Assembly: GCF_006345805.1 (NCBI RefSeq)
Contig: NW_021830095.1
Location: forward strand, 1-5,296
DNA from: Octopus sinensis
Lineage: Eukaryota
Direction of reading: 5' to 3'
DNA: 5,296 bases
The number at the start of each line of letters is the position of its first letter. The stretch's first letter is position 1. Of the stretch, positions 1 to 5,296 are shown piece by piece. The position numbers were made by a program, and so were the translations under genes. Below the pieces are notes generated by a model that ran no database searches, had not been told where the DNA came from, and saw only the letters and a list, made by a program, of their open reading frames with translations.

Positions 1-206
1 GAACTGTTTCATTCAAGAGAAATCTTCAGGAAGCTAGTTAACAAGAATTGTATTGGCATTTATACATTTAGGCAGGTTTAAAGGGGTGTTGGTGGGGGAC
101 TTTTTGGGAGTAGGCATAGCGCAAAATATCATACTTGGGGGAGTGGTCAAGGAGTCAGTGTTAAATTAGATAGAAGAATAAATAAAAAAATAAAAAAATA
201 AAAAAA

Positions 207-623
207 TATATATATAAAAAAAAAGGGAATAGAGTTTTAGGTAAATAAGGAGATTCTCTCTTATACCTATGCACATATGTATACATATATACACACACAT
301 ACAAACATATATACATATACATACACACATACATACACACACACATATATACATATATATACACTTACACATACATATACATATCTACACATACACATAT
401 ATGTATACATACACACACTCACATGCATACACGTATACACACATGTATATATACACACACGACCACACATACATATACACACAGAAAAATATATATACAC
501 ATACACACACATACTCACATACACGCATACACACACATATCCACACACACACATGCACACACAGCACACTAGTCCCTATATACACATATATACACATACA
601 CACATATATACACACACATACAT

Positions 624-662
<39 letters not shown>

Positions 663-734
663 CATATGTGTACCTATGCATACCTACACATACACACATA
701 TATATACACATACAAATACAGACCCATTCCCTAA
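207..734. repeat. Left arm of long inverted repeat (partner 4769-5296)
   Basis: Base-by-base comparison with the reverse complement of 4769-5296 gave no substitutions and four small indels (1, 1, 2 and 2 nt), all in simple-repeat runs. Unique anchors match: AAAGGGAATAGAGTTTTAGGTAAATAAGGAGATTCTCTCTTATACC, CAGCACACTAGTCCCTA, CAGACCCATTCCCTAA. Confidence 0.97.
270..720. repeat. Compound (CA)/(TA)/(CATA) microsatellite tract, CA-rich on +
   Basis: Almost uninterrupted alternating purine/pyrimidine sequence; pure (TA)n at 632-656. Confidence 0.95.
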
Positions 735-824
735 CAAAATCTCAGAACACTCCCCAAATTGCATGCATAAGAAGTATGCGAACTACAAGAACTATAGACC
801 TACCCGGCAACCAGATTGATGACA

Positions 825-874
825 CCCCACCCACAAACCCCCCCCCCCAATCCCACCATTCCCCTAGCACCCCC
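825..874 (-). other. Potential G-quadruplex-forming motif
   Basis: Six C-runs on + (825-828, 830-832, 838-848, 852-854, 861-864, 870-874) with loops of 1-6 nt, i.e. six G-runs of 3 or more on the minus strand. Motif match only. Confidence 0.5.
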
Positions 875-907
875 GATTACCTTTTCTCCTAAGACCTTTC
901 ACATATT

Positions 908-1056
908 GTATGTGCACGCTTGTATATGTGTATCGTATATATGTATAGAAATGTATGGGTATAGTAGGATTATATGCATGTATTATGTGTGTGTGTGCGT
1001 GTATGTATGTAAAAAAATATATATATGTGTATATATATATATATATATGTATGTGC

Positions 1057-1087
<31 letters not shown>

Positions 1088-1173
1088 TATAGATGTATGT
1101 ATGTATATATGTATATATGTGTGTATGCATATGTATGTGTATATGTATGTGTGTATGTATGTGTATGTATGTA
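908..1173. repeat. Compound (TG)/(TA)/(TATG) microsatellite tract
   Basis: Direct reading of the sequence. Confidence 0.9.
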
Positions 1174-1389
1174 CAAAATATTATATAATTAGGGCTTAGT
1201 AAAATAAATTACTTTGCCACATACTGAACTTTCTAGAAATAGCAGCCAATAAAGTTTTTTAGCCTCTTCCACTACTTAGAGAATATTTTCCCTCAGACAT
1301 TGTTTACTCAAAAAAATAATGGTCCTTTTACATACTGAATACTTGGTGAAATTGATTAATAACTAATTAACTTTACCCTCAATTGTTGA

Positions 1390-1477
1390 TATATGTATGT
1401 GTGTGTATATATATGTATATGTATATATATATATGTACATGTATGTATATGTGTATGTGTGTATATGTATATGTATG

Positions 1478-1550
<73 letters not shown>

Positions 1551-1771
1551 ATATGTGTATTATGTATATATTTATTTATATATATATTTATATATATATA
1601 TATGTATATGTATATGTATGTGTGTGTGTATATGTATATATGTGTATATATATGAGTGTACGCGAGTATGTCGATGTATATGTAGGTATGTAGAGTTATG
1701 TGTATGTGCATGTATGTGAGTGTAGATACAAATTGTAGATGTGTATATATATGTATGTGTATATATACATG
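1390..1771. repeat. Compound (TG)/(TA)/(TATG) microsatellite tract
   Basis: Direct reading of the sequence. Confidence 0.92.
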
Positions 1772-1773
1772 TA
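1760..1773 (+). repeat. Candidate target-site duplication, left copy (TATATATACATGTA; right copy 2397-2410)
   Basis: An identical 14-mer abuts both ends of the 1772-2401 element and overlaps each end by a few nt. Low complexity lowers certainty. Confidence 0.55.
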
Positions 1774-2092
1774 AGAAATATTGAGTTTCTAAATCTCTCG
1801 TAGAGAGGTGTACGGTGGTGGAGCGATATAATGGTTGTATACTGTCAATCTAACAAGAACGTGACAGTAAGGGGTACACCACCGTTATATAGCCCTAGGA
1901 GGCATCGAACGCCTCCTGACAGCTCGACACATTTTATCCTGTGTCCTTATCCTGTTCGATGCCTCCTAGGGCTATATAACGGTGGTGTACCCCCTACTGT
2001 CACGTTCTTGTTAGATTGACAGTATACAACCATTATATCGCTCCACCACCGTACACCTCTCTACGAGAGATTTAGAAACTCAATATTTCTTA
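1772..2092. repeat. 139-bp inverted repeat (1772-1910 / 1954-2092) with 43-nt spacer
   Basis: Arms are complementary at 138 of 139 positions; the single mismatch is A1870 opposite C1994. Confidence 0.97.
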
Positions 2093-2176
2093 TTTTGATA
2101 ATCAGTGAATAGACTTCACTGACTATAGATATATACAGATACGAAGTCGAGACAGACATCGCCAGCTGACCGGTGT

Positions 2177-2234
2177 CTGCTACTCTAGGCCGATGAAGGA
2201 CAATGATCCTGAAACACGGTGTCCCTAGATGCAG
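2177..2234 (+). ncRNA. Type I hammerhead ribozyme motif with variant core (CCGAUGA...GAAA, GUC cleavage triplet)
   Basis: CTGC-TAC-TCTAGG (2177-2189), CCGATGA (2190-2196), stem II AGGA/caatga/TCCT (2197-2210), GAAA (2211-2214), stem III ACA/cgg/TGT (2214-2222), C2223, then CCTAGA-T-GCAG (2224-2234) closing stem I. All three helices pair in type I topology. Predicted cleavage after C2223. Confidence 0.85.
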
Positions 2235-2276
2235 TTCCGGCAGTTGGGGGTGTTTGTCTCCCCTTCGTATGTGTAT

Positions 2277-2401
2277 ATAAGGACACAGGATAAAATGTGT
2301 CGAGCTGTCAGGAGGCGTTCGATGCCTCCTAGGGCTATATAACGGTGGTGTACCCCCTACTGTCACGTTCTTGTTAGATTGACAGTATACAACCATTATA
2401 T
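2277..2401. repeat. Third partial copy of the unit (reverse complement of 1826-1950; 2317-2401 identical to 1954-2038)
   Basis: 125-nt inverted match to 1826-1950 with one mismatch (at 1870); 85-nt exact direct match to 1954-2038. Confidence 0.95.
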
Positions 2402-2410
2402 ATACATGTA
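2397..2410 (+). repeat. Candidate target-site duplication, right copy (TATATATACATGTA)
   Basis: Identical to 1760-1773. Confidence 0.55.
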
Positions 2411-2437
2411 TATAGGTATATGTATGTGTGTGTATAT

Positions 2438-2933
2438 AAACAAATCAAAATAGATGAACATCAATGGAATTTGTATCTTTGTGGACCAGTGCCGGTGGCA
2501 CACAAGAAAATCATCCGAACGTGGCCGTAGCCAGTACCGCATAGACTGGCCTCCGTGCTTTGGGGACGTAACAAACACCATCCGATCGTGGCCGTCCGCC
2601 AGCCTCATCTGGCACCTGTGTCGGTGGCACATAAAAACACCATCCGAGCGTGGCCGTCTGCCAGCCTCGTCTGGCACCTGTGTCGGTGGCACATAAAAAC
2701 ACCATCCGAGCGTGGCCGTTCGCCAGCCTCGTCTGGCACCTGTGTCGGTGGCACATAAAATCACCCACTACACTCTCGGAGTGGCTGGCGTTAGGAAGGG
2801 CATCCAGCTGTAGAAACACTGCCAGATCTGACTGGCCTGGTGCAGCCTTCGGGCTCCCCAGACCCCAGTTGAACCGTCCAACCCATGCTAGCATGGAAAA
2901 CGGACGCTAAATGATGATGATGATGATGATGAT
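2438..2933 (+). mobile_element. 5'-truncated non-LTR retroposon (SINE body or LINE 3' region) with RTE-like (ATG)n tail
   Basis: GC-rich island ending in a stem-loop (2875-2906) and (ATG)7AT at 2911-2933. Contains GTTAGGAAGGGCATCCAGCTGTAGAAA, which I recall as a conserved central SINE block, and the whole resembles an abundant octopus repeat (both recalled, unverified). No Pol III A/B-box head is recognisable. Confidence 0.72.
2573..2758 (+). repeat. Three 62-bp tandem repeats inside the retroposon
   Basis: Units start at 2573, 2635 and 2697 (AAACACCATCCGAKCGTGGCCGTYYGCCAGCCTCRTCTGGCACCTGTGTCGGTGGCACATAA) and differ at 2-3 positions pairwise. A diverged partial copy lies at about 2491-2534. 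Confidence 0.95.
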
Positions 2934-2934
2934 A

Positions 2935-2971
<37 letters not shown>

Positions 2972-3218
2972 ATGCGAATATGTAGAGATATAAGTATGTG
3001 TATGTATATGTATGTATATATATGTATAGGTATGTGTATGTGTATGTATGTATATATATATGTGTGTGTGTATGTATGCATATATGTATGTATGTATGTA
3101 TGTATATGTGTATGTATATATGTGTGTAATGTGTGTATATATGTATATGTAAGTGTGTGTGCGTGTATGAGTTGTATGTATGTTTGCACACATGTATATG
3201 TGTGTATGTGTATATATA

Positions 3219-3298
<80 letters not shown>

Positions 3299-3570
3299 GT
3301 GTGTGTTGTATATATATGTGTGTATGTGTATGTATGTATGTATATATATGCGTGTGTATGTGTATGTGTATATGTACATATACGTGTACGCTCGTGTGTT
3401 TATGTATATGTAGGTACGTTGAGTTATCTATGTGTGTATGTATTTGTACATGTGTGTAAGTATGTATATATATATATATGTGTATGTGTATATATATGTG
3501 TATGTAGGTATATATATATATATATATATCTATATATATATATATATGTGTGTGTAAGTTTATATGTATG
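2934..3570. repeat. Compound (TA)/(TG)/(TATG) microsatellite tract
   Basis: Direct reading; long, nearly pure (TA)n around 3230-3291. Confidence 0.93.
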
Positions 3571-3629
3571 TTTCCGTCTATATAATAGGTAACTGCACGT
3601 ACATATACTTAATATTTATTATTTATTAT

Positions 3630-3708
3630 TTATTTTTTGAGTATGCATGTATGAATAACTACGCGTATATATATTTTACTATTTACTTATTTTTTGAGTA
3701 TGCATGTA
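3630..3708 (+). repeat. Short tandem duplication, period 57 bp
   Basis: TTATTTTTTGAGTATGCATGTA is identical at 3630-3651 and 3687-3708; flanks are similar but diverged. Confidence 0.75.
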
Positions 3709-3727
3709 AGTATGAATATAAGGAGGC

Positions 3728-3926
3728 GCGTGTGTGTGTGTGTATGTGTAAGCATAGATATATGTATACTTTTACGCATGTGTGTACTTATGTGTATATA
3801 TGGATGCGCGTGTGTGTGTGTGTATGGGTACGCATGTACATGTGTATGTGCGTGTATGTGTATATGAGTATGTATGTATGTGTGTGCGTATATTTGTATA
3901 TGTATGTATGTATATGTATGTGTGTA

Positions 3927-4001
<75 letters not shown>

Positions 4002-4056
4002 GTGTATATGTATGTATGTATATGTATGTGTGTGTATGAATATATATATATGTATA

Positions 4057-4109
<53 letters not shown>

Positions 4110-4323
4110 GTGTATATGTATGTATGTATATGTATGTGCGTATGTGTATGTAATTGTATGTGTATGCATGCGCGTATATATGTGTATGTATATGTATACG
4201 TGGGGTGTGTGTATGTGTATAAATGTATGTATGTATGGATGTATGTATGTATGTATGTATGTATACGTATGTATGTGTATGTGTGTATATGTATGTATGT
4301 GTATGTGTGTATATATATGTATA

Positions 4324-4367
<44 letters not shown>

Positions 4368-4620
4368 GTGTATATATATGTGTATATATAGTGAATATAT
4401 ATAGATTATATATATATATACATGTATGTATTTGTATGTAGGTGTATATGTATGTATGTGTATTTATATTTATTGGTGTATATGTATAGACTAGCCTTCT
4501 AAGAGTGTAGACATGAATATGTAGGTACGCGTACGTATGTGTATATACGTGAATGTATGTAGATGTATGTATGTATGAATATAACGCGTGCGTGCGTGTA
4601 TGTGTATGAGTGTACGAATG
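3728..4620. repeat. Compound (TG)/(TA)/(TATG) microsatellite tract
   Basis: Direct reading; several pure (TA)n runs between about 3930 and 4101. Confidence 0.92.
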
Positions 4621-4768
4621 AGTGAGTGTACGTGCTAAAGAGTGTGCATGAGTGAATGAGTGCTTGTTTTCCAGTAGACAGAAAAATGGACTGGCTGTCA
4701 TAGCCAAGATGTTTGCGACCAGCGGTCAAAGATAACTAAAGTAATAAATGAAGATAATAAAATTAAAA

Positions 4769-4848
4769 TTAGGGAATGGGTCTGTATTTGTATGTGTATA
4801 TATATATGTGTGTATGTGTAGGTATGCATAGGTACACATATGTATATG

Positions 4849-4879
<31 letters not shown>

Positions 4880-5296
4880 ATGTATGTGTGTGTATATATG
4901 TGTGTATGTGTATATATGTGTATATAGGGACTAGTGTGCTGTGTGTGCATGTGTGTGTGTGGATATGTGTGTGTATGCGTGTATGTGAGTATGTGTGTGT
5001 ATGTGTATATATATTTTTCTGTGTGTATATGTATGTGTGGTCGTGTGTGTATATATACATGTGTGTATACGTGTATGCATGTGAGTGTGTGTATGTATAC
5101 ATATATGTGTATGTGTAGATATGTATATGTATGTGTAAGTGTAATATATATGTATATATGTGTGTGTGTATGTATGTGTGTATGTATATGTATATATTTT
5201 GTATGTGTGTGTATATATGTATACATATGTGCATAGGTATAAGAGAGAATCTCCTTATTTACCTAAAACTCTATTCCCTTTTTTTTTATATATATA
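4769..5296. repeat. Right arm of long inverted repeat (partner 207-734), truncated by window end
   Basis: Reverse complement of 207-734; the match is still perfect at the last base of the window. Confidence 0.97.

Larger units (their letters stand above)
1772..2401 (+). mobile_element. Hammerhead-containing non-autonomous retroelement (retrozyme / Penelope-like pLTR derivative), 363-bp unit, with inverted 5' arm
   Basis: High-complexity island in microsatellite. 1954-2401 is 1.23 head-to-tail copies of a 363-bp unit (85-bp direct repeat 1954-2038 = 2317-2401). 1772-1950 is an inverted partial copy. Type I hammerhead at 2177-2234. Flanking 14-nt direct repeat. No credible ORF. Confidence 0.8.

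Noticed and set aside
1-160. Unique sequence with a short open frame (ELFHSREIFRKLVNKNCIGIYTFRQV)
   Set aside because: Truncated by the window, no recognisable homology, no convincing splice or start context.
729-734. Telomeric hexamer CCCTAA/TTAGGG exactly at the inner ends of the long inverted repeat
   Set aside because: It is a single hexamer, duplicated only because the arm is, and another TTAGGG occurs at 1189-1194. Not distinguishable from chance.
1772-2092. MITE / DNA transposon with 139-bp TIRs
   Set aside because: The same sequence continues past the right arm into D and recurs at 2277-2401. No TSD flanks 1772/2092; the candidate TSD flanks 1772-2401 instead.
1831-2396. ORFs [13 protein letters not shown]... 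(1831-2019 on +, 2061-2396 on -)
   Set aside because: Short, no recognisable homology, no RT or GIY-YIG motifs. They are duplicated only because the repeat is, and the longer one is antisense to the ribozyme.
1954-2401. TRIM / mini LTR element with 85-bp LTRs
   Set aside because: The repeats lack TG...CA ends, there is no clear PBS or PPT, and the left repeat boundary is set by the inversion junction. A partial tandem explains the pattern better.
2573-2758. CRISPR-like array
   Set aside because: Units are contiguous with no unique spacers, there are no cas genes, and the context is eukaryotic.
2396-2910. Repetitive ORFs across the 62-bp array (RWHIK..., CHRHR...)
   Set aside because: The 62-nt period is not a multiple of 3, so the same peptides rotate through frames. 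This is a tandem-repeat by-product.
3896-4050. Near-duplicate GTATATGTATGTATGTATATGTATGTGTGTATGAATATA blocks
   Set aside because: Low-complexity local slippage duplication, expected in such tracts.
4661-4746. Possible small exon (TTGTTTTCCAG acceptor at 4674, AAA/GTAATA donor at 4740/4741)
   Set aside because: Splice-like motifs are weak and common, and the open frame ([21 protein letters not shown]) is unrecognisable. RNA-seq junction reads would be needed.
161-5236. Dozens of long ORFs rich in Y/I/H/T or V/C/M/Y
   Set aside because: All three stop codons need two adjacent purines, so alternating purine/pyrimidine repeats are stop-free in every frame. The ORFs overlap on both strands and have no domain-like content.

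Overview
AT-rich, non-coding eukaryotic DNA, mostly compound (TA)/(TG)/(TATG) microsatellite. The repeat style suggests an octopus-like cephalopod (recalled, not verified). No protein-coding gene is supported; the long ORFs come from stop-free alternating purine/pyrimidine sequence. Three structured elements sit in this background. (1) A ~630-bp insertion (1772-2401) built from a 363-bp unit. It carries a type I hammerhead ribozyme on the + strand at the tip of a ~150-nt RNA rod, has a 139-bp inverted 5' arm, and is flanked by a candidate target-site duplication. This fits a non-autonomous Penelope-associated element or retrozyme and is the most interesting object here. (2) A headless SINE/LINE-tail retroposon (2438-2933) with an internal 62-bp tandem array, a 3' stem-loop and an (ATG)n tail. 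(3) A near-identical inverted repeat of at least 528 bp (207-734 vs 4769-5296, cut by the window edge) enclosing 4034 bp.
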